A stretch of DNA of 64,000 nucleotides from Burkholderiaceae bacterium. Lineage in GTDB: Bacteria > Pseudomonadota > Gammaproteobacteria > Burkholderiales > Burkholderiaceae_C. A program made the position numbers and the translations under genes. Position 1 is the first letter of the stretch, and each line of letters begins with the position of its first letter. Where the stretch lies: positions 4,258 through 68,257 of the forward strand of contig JAIRVR010000066.1 of assembly GCA_031253795.1 (NCBI GenBank). The letters run 5' to 3'. Below, one piece after another: positions 50,411 to 61,145 of this stretch. A model generated the notes under the pieces. The model was not told the DNA's origin, did no database searches, and worked only from the letters and a program-made list of their open reading frames with translations.

Positions 50411-52057
50411 TCAGCCAAGTCCGCTTTGCCCCTGCGCGCGCAGCCGCGCACAGGCCTGGGCCTCGGTGCGATGCAGCTGCAGGCCGTCGAGCAGGCCCGC
50501 GCGCTGCAAGGCTTCCTCGACCGGGCGCTTGAGTCCGGCCAGGTGCAGGCCGACGCCGCCGTGCCTGCATTGCGTGCTCAGCCTTTGCAGGGCCGCCAGG
50601 CCCGTGGCATCGATGCGGTTGATGGACTGGGCAAACAGGCACAGGGTATGCGTGCCGGGGGCGGCCCCCAGATGGTCGGCCACGCAGCGCTCCAGAAAGG
50701 CCGAGGAGGTGAAGTCCAACGCCGCATCCATGCGCAGGGCCAGGGTGTGGGGGGCCAGGGCTGGCAGCTTCCACTGAACGCGGTCGCGCAGGCTGCCGTC
50801 GGCATGCAGCCCCACTTCGACCACGCGCGGATGCAGGCGCTGCCACAGCGACCAGGCCAGGGACAGGCCGAGCCCCAGGCCCACGCCCAGGTGCAGGGCC
50901 GGCGCGCTGGCCAGGGTGGCGGCAAAGCTGAGCACGGCGATCACGGCTTCGGCCCTGGACAGTCGCCACAGCCGCACGAAGGCCAGGGGCTGGACCAGGC
51001 CGACCACGGCCACCAGGACCACGGCCGCGAGCACGGACTGCGGCACGGGGCGCAGCAGCGGCATGGCGGCCCACAGCGACAGCGCCAGGACCAGGACCGA
51101 GAACAGCGTGGCCCAGCCGCTGCGGGCGCCCGCATACAGATTGAGGGCCGAGCGCGAGAACGAGGCGCTGGTGGGAAAGCCTGTGCTGAGCCCGGCCGCG
51201 ATCTTGCCCAGGCCCTGGCCTATGAGGTCCTGGTCCTGGTCCCAGATGCTGTGGCGGTCCGCATGGTCGATCTGGGCGCTGGAAGCGGTTTCCAGAAAGC
51301 TGATGAGGGCGATGACCAGGGATGGCACCAGCAATGCCTGCAACTGGCCGGTCGTCGGAAGGGGGGGCCAGCCCAGCGCCGGCAGGCCGCCGGGCAGGGC
51401 GCCCACCACGGCCGTGCCGCGGGCCTCCAGACCCATCCCTGCGGAAATGGCGGCACTGGCCAGCACCACGACCAGGATGGTGGGAAATTTCGGCCACCAG
51501 CGCCGTGCCAGCACGAGGAGCAGCAGGGCGCCCAGGCCCAGGGCCAGGGCGGCCACGTCCACCTGGCCATCGGTACCCCGGCCCAGCAGCGGTCCGATCT
51601 GCGAGCCGATGATGAGCAGGGCGGCCGCCTGGGTGAAGGCCATGAGCACGGGGGCGCTTACCAGGTTGAGCAGCCAGCCGCAGCGCGCCAGACCCAGCAG
51701 CAGCTGGAGGGCGCCGCTGAGCAGGGCCAGCCAGGCCGCCAGGGCCACCCACTGGGCACTGCCCGGCATGGCCAGACCCGTGAGCGAGGCCTGGATCACC
51801 AGGCAGCTCAGGGCCGTGGGTCCTACCGACAGCCGTGTGGAGGCGCTGAACAGCACGGCCACCAGGGCCGGCAGCAGGGACGCGTATATGCCCGTGACCA
51901 GGGGCATGCCGGCCAGTGCGGCATAGGCGACGCCCTGGGGAACGACCATCAGGCCCACGGTCAGTCCGGCCAGCATTTCGCTGCGCAACAGGGCTGGCGA
52001 GGGGCGTGGCCAGCGCAGAAAGGGCAGCCAGCGCGCGGCATCGGACCGGGATCGCAT
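50411..52057 (-). CDS. SulP family anion transporter with STAS domain
   Basis: AGLTVG...VPQGVAYA, GIYAS, SVGPTA, SFSRSA; STAS INRIDATG. Confidence 0.93.
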   Translation of the reverse strand: MRSRSDAARWLPFLRWPRPSPALLRSEMLAGLTVGLMVVPQGVAYAALAGMPLVTGIYASLLPALVAVLFSASTRLSVGPTALSCLVIQASLTGLAMPGSAQWVALAAWLALLSGALQLLLGLARCGWLLNLVSAPVLMAFTQAAALLIIGSQIGPLLGRGTDGQVDVAALALGLGALLLLVLARRWWPKFPTILVVVLASAAISAGMGLEARGTAVVGALPGGLPALGWPPLPTTGQLQALLVPSLVIALISFLETASSAQIDHADRHSIWDQDQDLIGQGLGKIAAGLSTGFPTSASFSRSALNLYAGARSGWATLFSVLVLALSLWAAMPLLRPVPQSVLAAVVLVAVVGLVQPLAFVRLWRLSRAEAVIAVLSFAATLASAPALHLGVGLGLGLSLAWSLWQRLHPRVVEVGLHADGSLRDRVQWKLPALAPHTLALRMDAALDFTSSAFLERCVADHLGAAPGTHTLCLFAQSINRIDATGLAALQRLSTQCRHGGVGLHLAGLKRPVEEALQRAGLLDGLQLHRTEAQACARLRAQGQSGLG

Positions 52058-52060
52058 GGC

Positions 52061-53386
52061 TCAGCGCTGGGGCATGTCGCCAGCCGTATAGACCAGGCTG
52101 ACCGTGGCGTCCTCGGGTATGGCGGGCATGCCGGCATTCCAGGCCTCCCAGTCCTCGCGCAGGGCGGCCAGGTGCCCGGGCGCCTGGAGCGCCTGGTTGG
52201 CGCGTTCGCGCTCGTCGCCGGCCAGGTTGAACAGATAGTCCACTCCATCCACGCGCAGGTACTTCCAGTCGCCGTCGCGCAGCGCGCGCTGGCCGCGGTG
52301 CTTCATGCGCCAGTACAGGCGGCGTGCAAATTCGGCGCCCTCGTCGCGCAGCACGGGCATCAGGGATACGCCATCCAACGCGTGGCTTGGCGGTGCCTGC
52401 ACGCCCGCGGCGTCCAGTACGGTGGCCGACCAGTCCATGCTCATGCAGTGCTGTGTGCTGTGGCGGCCGGGCGCGATCACGGCGGGCCAGTGGGCGATCC
52501 AGGGCACGCGGATGCCGCCTTCGGTGAGGTCCATCTTGCCGCCGACCAGGGGCCAGTTGTCGGAGAAGCGCTCGCCCCCGTTGTCGCTGGTGAACACGAT
52601 GAGGGTGTTGTCGAGCTGACCGGTGGCCCGCAGGGCCTCGACGACCCAGCCTATGCCCTCGTCCATGTGGTGGATCATGCGCTGGTACTGGTGGATATTG
52701 CCGCCTGCCAGGTGAGCGATGCCGGCGCCCAGGGCCTCGGCGGTGGCGCGGTCGTCGCGGGTTTCCCAGGGCCAGTGCGGCGCCGTGTAGTGCAGGCTCA
52801 GGAAGAAGGGCGCATCGCCGCTCGCCATGCGCTGCACGAAGTCCACGCTGCGCTGTGACAGCAGGTCGGTGAGATAGCCTTCGTCATGGTGCTCCTGCTC
52901 GCCTGTCCAAAGGTCATGCTGGCCTGCGCTGCTGAGGTGGGTGAAGTAGTCCACGCCGCCGGACATGGGACCGAAGTACTCCTCGTAGCCCGAGCGCAGG
53001 GGGCCGAAATGGGGTGGGTAGCCCAGGTGCCATTTGCCGATCAGGGCCGTGCGGTAGCCGGCGTCCCTGAGCAGGGAGGCCACCGTGGGAATGTCGGGAG
53101 GCAGGCCCAGCCTGGCACCCAGCGGCGTGCCGCGTGTCTTGCTGTTGATGGGCTCTTCGGCCGCGCCGCGAAGCCGGTACTGGTAGCGTGCCGTGGCCAG
53201 GGCAAAGCGCGTGGGCGAGCATACGGGCGAATTCGCATAGCCCTGGGTCAGGCGCAGGCCATGGGCCGCCAGGCCGTCCAGCACGGGCGAGACCGCGCCG
53301 AAGCCGGCCTCGCGGCCGCCGTAGCAGCCCAGGTCGGCATAACCCAGGTCGTCGGCCACGATGAAAATGATGTTGGGACGTTGCAC
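52061..53386 (-). CDS. Formylglycine-dependent (S1) sulfatase, cytoplasmic
   Basis: RPNIIFIVADDLG, CSPTR, GY.TALIGKWHLG, FTSDNG, EGGIRVP; no signal peptide. Confidence 0.93.
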   Translation of the reverse strand: MQRPNIIFIVADDLGYADLGCYGGREAGFGAVSPVLDGLAAHGLRLTQGYANSPVCSPTRFALATARYQYRLRGAAEEPINSKTRGTPLGARLGLPPDIPTVASLLRDAGYRTALIGKWHLGYPPHFGPLRSGYEEYFGPMSGGVDYFTHLSSAGQHDLWTGEQEHHDEGYLTDLLSQRSVDFVQRMASGDAPFFLSLHYTAPHWPWETRDDRATAEALGAGIAHLAGGNIHQYQRMIHHMDEGIGWVVEALRATGQLDNTLIVFTSDNGGERFSDNWPLVGGKMDLTEGGIRVPWIAHWPAVIAPGRHSTQHCMSMDWSATVLDAAGVQAPPSHALDGVSLMPVLRDEGAEFARRLYWRMKHRGQRALRDGDWKYLRVDGVDYLFNLAGDERERANQALQAPGHLAALREDWEAWNAGMPAIPEDATVSLVYTAGDMPQR

Positions 53387-53391
53387 GGGGC

Positions 53392-54402
53392 CTACTCCAT
53401 CTTCATGCCCGTGGCCTGGATCACGGCACGGTAGCGGTCGCTCAGTGCCTGCAGGCGCGCGGTGGCGGCGCTGCCGGTCAGGCCTTCATAGGCCAGATCG
53501 TTGGCGCGCATGCGTTCGCGCAGCGGGCCATCCTGCAGCGCCTTCTCGAGCGCGGTCTGGATTTTCCGCACCAGTGCTTCGGGCGTGGAGGCCGGTACCC
53601 ACAGCGCGAACAGCACTTCCTGCTCCAGCCCGGGGTGGCCCAGCTCGCCAACGGTGGGGACATCGGGCACCAGGGGATTGCGCTGGCGCGTGGTCACGGC
53701 CAGCGGCAGGACCTTGCCGGCAGCCACCTGGCCCAGCAGGGCCGAGGAGCTGATGATGCCGCCGTCCACCTCGCCGGACAGCACGGCGGTGGCGGCCGGG
53801 GCGTTGCCCTTGTAGGGCACGTGGCTGACCTTGGCGCCGGTCTCGTGCCCGAGGATGGCCGATGCCAGGTGGCCCGGTGTGCCATAGCCCGCCGAGCCCA
53901 GGGTCAGACCGGACTTTCTGCCGCGCGCGATGAACTGGTCCAGCGTCCTGAGGCCGGTCTGGGGATGGACGGCGACCATCATGCCCTGGGAGGCCAGGAC
54001 CATGACCGGCCGCAGGTCGCTGCCCTTGAAGGGCATGCCTTTGTAGATGAAGGGATTGACCGTGAACGTCGTGTCGATGCCGAGCAGCAGGGTGTAGCCG
54101 TCGCCTGCGGCCTTGGCCGCGTTGTCCGTGCCGATGTTGCCGCCGGCACCGGGGCGGTTGTCCACCACGAAGGGCTGGCGCAGTTCGCGCTGCAGCACTT
54201 CGCCCAGGCTGCGCGCCAGGATGTCGGCCGCGCCGGCCGGCGCAAAGGCCACGACCACGCGCACGGGCCTGGCGGGCCAGGCTGCGATGGCGGATTCGGC
54301 CGCGGGCTGGGCAAAGGCGGCCATGCCTGCGCCCAGTCCGGGCAGCAAGGCCAGGAGGGCGCCGAGCCAGCGGCGGCGAAGAGGGTTCTTTACGGAAATC
54401 AT
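53392..54402 (-). CDS. Bug/TctC family substrate-binding protein
   Basis: WPARPV..VVAFAPAGAAD, DNRPGAGG, HVPYKG, PDVPT. Confidence 0.92.
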   Translation of the reverse strand: MISVKNPLRRRWLGALLALLPGLGAGMAAFAQPAAESAIAAWPARPVRVVVAFAPAGAADILARSLGEVLQRELRQPFVVDNRPGAGGNIGTDNAAKAAGDGYTLLLGIDTTFTVNPFIYKGMPFKGSDLRPVMVLASQGMMVAVHPQTGLRTLDQFIARGRKSGLTLGSAGYGTPGHLASAILGHETGAKVSHVPYKGNAPAATAVLSGEVDGGIISSSALLGQVAAGKVLPLAVTTRQRNPLVPDVPTVGELGHPGLEQEVLFALWVPASTPEALVRKIQTALEKALQDGPLRERMRANDLAYEGLTGSAATARLQALSDRYRAVIQATGMKME

Positions 54403-54524
54403 GGGCAACTGCTTCCTGCGGTACGGGGGCGCCTGGCTTTGCGAAAATGGCCACGCCGGCCTGGGTCGGCGGCTCCCCTTGTCTCCTTGCGGGCCGGTGG
54501 CCAATGTAGGAGCCGGGTTCGCAA

Positions 54525-54537
54525 TTGATCTAATCAA
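54525..54537. promoter_or_regulatory. Putative MarR operator
   Basis: Inverted repeat TTGAT-CTA-ATCAA 3 nt before the marR ATG in the divergent intergenic region. Confidence 0.6.
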
Positions 54538-54540
54538 CCG

Positions 54541-55068
54541 ATGTCCGTGAATACCCCTGGCGGCCGCGCCGCGCCCACGTCCATACAGCAGATGCTGCTG
54601 TTTCGCATCAACCGCTATTTCGGGGCGGCGGGTGGCGTGGCCATGCGCATGTGCGAAGCGCATTTCGGCGTCACGCGGCGCGAGTGGGGCGTGATGGCCA
54701 CCGTGGCCAACCATGAGGGACTGCTGTCTTCCGAGCTGGCCGAGCGCGCCCAACTGGACCGCGCACGCACCTCGCGCGCGCTCAGCGGCCTGGAGGACAA
54801 GGGCTGGGTGCTGCGCACGCCGCTGCCAGGCGACCGCCGCCGCGTGGCCGTGTCGCTGACCGCGGAAGGGCGGCGCATGTACGGCCTGATCCTGCCGCGC
54901 ATGGCCCAGATCCATCTGGACCTGGTGTCCGTGCTCAGCGACGAGGAGCTTGCACAATTCGATACCTTGCTGGCCAAGCTCCAGGGCCATGCCGTGGCGC
55001 TGGCCGCCGACGGCCGTTACGACGCATTGCCGCGCGTGGACCGGGCGCGGCATCGGCGTGCGCGCTGA
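54541..55068 (+). CDS. MarR family transcriptional regulator
   Basis: GVTRREW, ELAERAQLDRARTSRAL, DRR...LTAEG. Confidence 0.92.
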   Translation: MSVNTPGGRAAPTSIQQMLLFRINRYFGAAGGVAMRMCEAHFGVTRREWGVMATVANHEGLLSSELAERAQLDRARTSRALSGLEDKGWVLRTPLPGDRRRVAVSLTAEGRRMYGLILPRMAQIHLDLVSVLSDEELAQFDTLLAKLQGHAVALAADGRYDALPRVDRARHRRAR

Positions 55069-55129
55069 CACGCCGACGGCAAAGCCTGGCGTGATGCAGG
55101 GCCTGTGGGCAATGACACAATGCATGCCC

Positions 55130-56375
55130 ATGCAATTTCCTTACGAGCTGGCCGTCGGCTGGCGCTATACCCGGGCGGGCCGCGCCACGCGCCGCAACGG
55201 CTTCATCTCGTTCATCTCCGGTGTTTCCATGCTGGGCATCGCCCTGGGGGTGGCTGCGCTGATCATCGTGCTCAGCGTGATGAACGGCTTCCAGAAGGAA
55301 GTGCGCGACCGCATGCTCAGCGTGGTCTCGCATATCGAGATCTTTGCACCCCAGGGAGCGGCCCTGCCCGACCTGGAGCGCACCATGCGCGAGGCGCGCA
55401 GCAACCCCGACGTGCTGGGGGCGGCGCCCTTTGTGTCGGCGCAGGCGCTGCTGGCGCGCGGCGAGGACATGAAGGGTGCGCTGGTGCGCGGCATAGATCC
55501 CGCACGCGAAGGCGAGGTCACCGACGTGGCCGCGACCAATGCCGAGGTGCTGCAGCGCCTGGTGCCTGGCGAGTTCAATGTGGTGCTGGGGGTGGAGCTG
55601 GCACGTTCGCTGGGCGTGCGCCAGGGTGACCTGGTCACCCTGATCGCGCCGGGCGGCCAGGTCACGCCGGCCGGCGTGGTGCCACGGCTTAAGCAAATGC
55701 ATGTGGCAGGTACCTTCGATTCGGGCCACTACGAATACGACTCGGCCCTGGTGATGATGCATTACGAGGACGCGCAGCGCCTGTTCCGCCTCGAGGGGCC
55801 CACGGGCATACGGCTCAAGCTCAAGGACCTGCACGAGGCGCCGCGCGTGGCCATGGAGCTGGCCCACACCATCACCGACCGTCTGCTGATCCGTGACTGG
55901 ACCCAGCAGAACCGCACCTGGTTCGCGGCCGTGCAGCTGGAAAAGCGCATGATGTTCATCATCCTGACCCTCATCGTCGCCGTGGCCGCCTTCAACCTGG
56001 TGTCCACCCTGGTGATGACGGTGACCGACAAGCGCGCCGACATCGCCATCCTGCGCACGCTGGGGGCCTCGCCGTCCAGCATCATGGGCATCTTCATGGT
56101 CCAGGGGGCCATGGTCGGTGTCATCGGCACCCTGGCGGGACTGGCGCTGGGCCTGGGCATCGCCTTCAACATCGACGTCATCGTGCCCGCCATCGAGCGC
56201 CTGCTGCACGCCAATTTCCTGCCCAAGGACATCTATCTGATCAGCAAGATGCCCAGCGATCCGCAGTACAGCGACATCATGCCGATCGCCGTGATCTCCC
56301 TGGTCCTGGCCTTTGTCGCCACCATCTACCCCAGCTGGCGCGCCAGCCGCGTGAATCCTGCCGAGGCGCTGCGCT

Positions 56376-56383
<8 letters not shown>
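55130..56383 (+). CDS. lolE: Lipoprotein-releasing ABC transporter permease LolC/E
   Basis: [46 protein letters not shown]. Confidence 0.93.
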
Positions 56384-57095
<712 letters not shown>

Positions 57096-57128
57096 ACCCT
57101 GCCTGGACCGGCCGACGCGGGGGCGCGC

Positions 57129-58589
57129 TCAAGCCATGCGCAGCAGCTCGGTGGGCAGGCGTGGCGCGTGCGCCTGCGCCGCGGATGGCGCAGCCTTGAT
57201 CTGAGGCGCGGCCGGAACCAGGGCGGCAGGAAGAGGCTGGCGCGGTGCCGGTGTGCGTGGTGCATCGGGCGTGGACAGGTTCTGGGCCGTGAGGTCGGCC
57301 GTGACCTCGCGCAGCCGTGCCGACTGGGTCAGGGAAGCCTGGACCACGTCGCCCATGATGGCCGTGACCTGGTGCGAGGAGCGGACGATCTCCTGCATGG
57401 TGCCTCCGGCCTGGCGCACCTGATCCGAGCCCAGGGCAACCTGCTGTACCGAGGTGTGGATGAGCTGCTTGATCTCCTTGGCCGCGGCTGCGCTGTTCTG
57501 TGCCAGGGCCCGCACTTCGCCGGCCACCACGGCAAAGCCCCGGCCCTGCTCGCCGGCACGCGCAGCTTCCACAGCGGCGTTCAGCGCCAGGATATTGGTC
57601 TGGAAGGCGATGCCGTCCATGACGCCGATGATGTCGCTGATCTTGCGCGAGCTGGCGCTGATGGATTCCATGGTGCCCATGACTTCGTTCACCGTGCGTC
57701 CGCCCTGTTCGGCGATCTGGCAGGCCTGGAGGGCCAGCTCGTTGGCCTGGCCCGCCTGTTCGGCGCTGTCGCCCAGTCCCTGCATGGCCTCGCCCAGGGT
57801 CTGGGCTGCGGTGAACCGGCGCGTGATGTCGGTGGCGTACTTGACCACCTTGAACGGCCGGCCATCGGCGTCGAAGATGGGGTTGTAGCTGGCCTCTATC
57901 CACACCTGGCGGCCATTCTTGCCGATGCGCAGGTACTGGCCTGCGTCGTGCTGGCCGCTGCCCAGCTTGCGCCAGAACTGGGCGTAGGCCGGGCTCTGGC
58001 GTTCATGGGGCTGGACGAACATGCTGTGGTGCCGGCCCACGACCTCGTCCAGCGCATAGCCCATGGCGCGCAGGAACAGCGTATTGGCGTGGAGGATGGT
58101 GCCATCCAGGTCGAATTCGATAATCGCCTGGACCTTGGAAATGGCTGCCAATTGGCCTTCGGCATCGGCATTGCGCCGCTGCTGTTCGGTGATGTCGGTG
58201 GCGTATTTCACCACTTTGATGGGCTGGCCATGTCGGTCGACAATCGGGTTGTAACTGGCCTGCAGCCAGACTTCGCGCCCGTCCCTGGCAATGCGGCGGT
58301 ATCGGCCCGCATCGTGAATGCCATTGCCAAGGCGTTGCCAGAACGCAGCGTATTCAGGTGATTCGCGCATCTGCTCGTCGACGAACATGCGGTGATGCTG
58401 GCCCACGACCTCGCTGGCCTCGTATCCCATGGTGTCGAGGAAGTTGCGGTTGGCCGACAGCACATGGCCCTGCAAATCGAACTCGATCACGGCCTGTGAT
58501 TTGTGGATGGCGGCCAATTGGCCCTTCAATTCAGCCTGCCGGCGCGCGTTACTCCAATCCAGGAGCCGACTCCAATCAAAGCGCTTCAT
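57129..58589 (-). CDS. Soluble PAS-PAS chemoreceptor (BdlA-like)
   Basis: Two PAS/PAC repeats (AVIEFDL.G....AN..F...MGY...WL.ASYNPI...[10 protein letters not shown]), no TM, short signalling domain. Confidence 0.9.
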   Translation of the reverse strand: MKRFDWSRLLDWSNARRQAELKGQLAAIHKSQAVIEFDLQGHVLSANRNFLDTMGYEASEVVGQHHRMFVDEQMRESPEYAAFWQRLGNGIHDAGRYRRIARDGREVWLQASYNPIVDRHGQPIKVVKYATDITEQQRRNADAEGQLAAISKVQAIIEFDLDGTILHANTLFLRAMGYALDEVVGRHHSMFVQPHERQSPAYAQFWRKLGSGQHDAGQYLRIGKNGRQVWIEASYNPIFDADGRPFKVVKYATDITRRFTAAQTLGEAMQGLGDSAEQAGQANELALQACQIAEQGGRTVNEVMGTMESISASSRKISDIIGVMDGIAFQTNILALNAAVEAARAGEQGRGFAVVAGEVRALAQNSAAAAKEIKQLIHTSVQQVALGSDQVRQAGGTMQEIVRSSHQVTAIMGDVVQASLTQSARLREVTADLTAQNLSTPDAPRTPAPRQPLPAALVPAAPQIKAAPSAAQAHAPRLPTELLRMA

Positions 58590-58795
58590 GGGGATTCCTC
58601 CTAGGCAGGCTGTGCCGTGGCACGGGAGTCCAATGTGATGGCAAATGTTTCTTTATGTATTTTTATGACGGGTGGGCAAGTTCGTGCATTGATTTTGTCA
58701 AATGGAGTGGAGTCGCAATAAATCCTCTGTGAGCGGGCGTGAGCCCCCGGCGCGCCCAGGCCGGGTGCCGTTGCCGACGGTGGCATGATGCGCCC

Positions 58796-59623
58796 ATGCC
58801 CTGCTGGATAGATACGCACTGCCACCTCGATGCCCCCGAATTCGATGCCGACCGCGACGCGGTCCGGCAGCAGGCAGCGCAGGCCGGCGTCGCCCATGCC
58901 GTGATTCCGGCCGTGGCGCGCGCCCACTGGGACACGGTGGTGGCCCTGGCCCGGCGCCACGGCGACAGCTATGCGCTGGGCATCCATCCGCTGTACACGC
59001 CCGCGGCGCAGGAGGAGGACATCACGGCCCTGCGCGAGGCATTGCAACGCCTGCGCGGCGACCCCCGGCTGGTGGCCGTGGGCGAGATCGGCCTGGATTT
59101 CTTCGTGCCGGGCCTGGATGCCGAGCGCCAGATCTGGTTTTACGAGCAGCAGATCGCGCTGGCGCGCGACTTCGATCTGCCCGTCATCCTGCATGTGCGC
59201 AAGTCCAGCGACCGCCTGCTCAAGACCTTGCGCGCCCGGCCCGTGGCCGGCGGCATCGCCCACGCCTTCAACGGCAGCGCCCAGCAGGCGCAGGCCTTTG
59301 CCGACCTGGGCTTCAAGCTGGGATTTGGCGGTGCCGTGACCTATGACCGCGCGCTCAGGCTGCGCGAACTGGCCGCCACCCTGCCCCTGGACAGCCTGGT
59401 TCTGGAGACCGACGCACCCGATATTCCGCCGCACTGGCTGTATGCCACGGCCGGGCAACGCGCCGCCGGCCAGCCCCAGGGCCGCAATACGCCAGGCGAG
59501 CTGCCGCGCATCGCCGCCGAGGTCGCTCTGCTGCGCGGCATGCCGCTGGATGCCCTGGCCGAGGCCACGGTCCGCAACGCCCGTGCCGCCTTGGGCGGAT
59601 TGCCGGCCATGGGGCAGGGTTAG
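58796..59623 (+). CDS. TatD family hydrolase/nuclease
   Basis: IDTHCHLD, GIHP, VGEIGLD, LHVR, HAFNG, LETDAPD. Confidence 0.95.
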   Translation: MPCWIDTHCHLDAPEFDADRDAVRQQAAQAGVAHAVIPAVARAHWDTVVALARRHGDSYALGIHPLYTPAAQEEDITALREALQRLRGDPRLVAVGEIGLDFFVPGLDAERQIWFYEQQIALARDFDLPVILHVRKSSDRLLKTLRARPVAGGIAHAFNGSAQQAQAFADLGFKLGFGGAVTYDRALRLRELAATLPLDSLVLETDAPDIPPHWLYATAGQRAAGQPQGRNTPGELPRIAAEVALLRGMPLDALAEATVRNARAALGGLPAMGQG

Positions 59624-59684
59624 GGCTGGCTCAGGTATTGGCGGGCGGTGGGCAGGCCAGGGGCCGCTGGGCGACAATGCGCCC

Positions 59685-60221
59685 ATGTCTTCCCCCGCCC
59701 GTCCCGAAGCCTCGCCGGGCGAGCTGCGCCGGCAGGGCCTGGCCCCGGTGGCCGATGCGCGCACGCGGGCCCTGGTTCTGGGCAGCTTTCCCGGCCAGCG
59801 CTCGCTGCAGCTGCAGCAGTACTATGCCCATCCTCAGAACCAGTTCTGGCCACTGCTGCAGGCGCTGTGGCCCCAGCATGCCCAGCCCGGCCGCGAGGAC
59901 TACGCGGGCCGCTGCGAATGGCTGCTCGCGCGCGGACTGGGGTTATGGGACGTGTATGCCAGCTGCGAGCGCGAGGGCAGCCTTGACAGCGCCATCCGCG
60001 CCGCCGAGGCCAACGACTTCGCCGGCCTGAGGCAGCGCTGCCCCCAACTGGCCCTGGCCCTGCACAACGGAGGCGAGAGCTTCAAGCACGCGGGCCGCAT
60101 CCAGGCCCTGGGCCTGACGGCTCTGAAACTGCCATCCACCAGTCCCGCCAACGCGGGCTGGCGATTCGAACGCAAGCTCGATGCCTGGCGCCAGGCCCTG
60201 GCTTCCCATCAACTGATCTGA
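59685..60221 (+). CDS. DNA-deoxyinosine glycosylase (UDG family 6)
   Basis: LGSFPG..SL, QYYAHP.NQFW, GLWDV, REGSLDSAI, LPSTSPAN. Confidence 0.88.
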   Translation: MSSPARPEASPGELRRQGLAPVADARTRALVLGSFPGQRSLQLQQYYAHPQNQFWPLLQALWPQHAQPGREDYAGRCEWLLARGLGLWDVYASCEREGSLDSAIRAAEANDFAGLRQRCPQLALALHNGGESFKHAGRIQALGLTALKLPSTSPANAGWRFERKLDAWRQALASHQLI

Positions 60222-61037
60222 TTGTCCGAACCCGTGATCCGCAAGACCCGTGGTGCTGCCAAGCCCGACCCTTCCCCATCCGGCCCCCAGGGCACGGCCG
60301 CCGAACTGCCCGAAGTCAGCGTCTCCGACGACGGCGATGTGCGCCACCTGCATCTGGGCACGCCCTGGATACAGGGCTCCATGCGCATACGCGATCCCTT
60401 CGAGATCGAGCTCGAATATGTGCAGCGCATGATGGGCTGGCTGATGTTCATGGAGCCGGCCGGCGTGGCGGGCCGCCATGCCATGCAGCTGGGACTGGGT
60501 GCGGCAGCCATCACCAAGTTCTGCCACAAGAAGCTGCGCATGCGTACCACGGCCATCGAGCTCAATCCCCAGGTGCTGGCCGTTTGCCGCAGCTGGTTCA
60601 AGCTGCCGCCCGACAGCGACACGCTGCGCGTGGTCCTGGCCGATGCGGCGCAGGAGATCCGCAAGAGCGAATGGCAGGGCACGGTCGATGCCTTGTCGGT
60701 GGACCTGTATGACCATGATGCTGCCGCGCCCGTGCTCGACAGTGCCGAGTTCTATGCCGACTGCCGCCAGCTGCTGACCGAGGACGGCATCATGGCGGTG
60801 AACCTGTTCGGCCGCACCTCCAGCTATGAGCGCAGCCTGGCGCGCATGGCCGAGGCATTTGGCGAAGAGGCACTGTGGGCCTTTCGCCCCACGCGCGAAG
60901 GCAATACGGTGGTGCTGGCCCAGCGCACACCGCGCGTGCTCGAGGGGGCCGAGCTGCAGGCGGCCAGCGCCCGGGTACAGGCCCGCTGGGACCTGCCCAC
61001 GACCCGCTGGCCCAAGATCTTCGGCCGGCCCTGGTAG
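60222..61037 (+). CDS. Spermidine synthase-like SAM-dependent methyltransferase
   Basis: QGSM...LEYVQRMM, LGLGAAA, IELNP, VDLYD, AVNLF; TTG start directly after the upstream stop. Confidence 0.8.
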   Translation: MSEPVIRKTRGAAKPDPSPSGPQGTAAELPEVSVSDDGDVRHLHLGTPWIQGSMRIRDPFEIELEYVQRMMGWLMFMEPAGVAGRHAMQLGLGAAAITKFCHKKLRMRTTAIELNPQVLAVCRSWFKLPPDSDTLRVVLADAAQEIRKSEWQGTVDALSVDLYDHDAAAPVLDSAEFYADCRQLLTEDGIMAVNLFGRTSSYERSLARMAEAFGEEALWAFRPTREGNTVVLAQRTPRVLEGAELQAASARVQARWDLPTTRWPKIFGRPW

Positions 61038-61145
61038 GCACGGCGCGCAGGCGGTACACGGCAGCCGGCAGCGCCCTGCGCGTGACGCCCGGCGTGTTGA
61101 CGCCCAGCGCTTAACATGGGGCCACGCACACTTTTGGCCCCGCCC

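Noticed and set aside
54525-54537. FNR box (also considered at 58689-58701)
   Set aside because: Spacer is 3 nt, whereas FNR sites are TTGAT-N4-ATCAA
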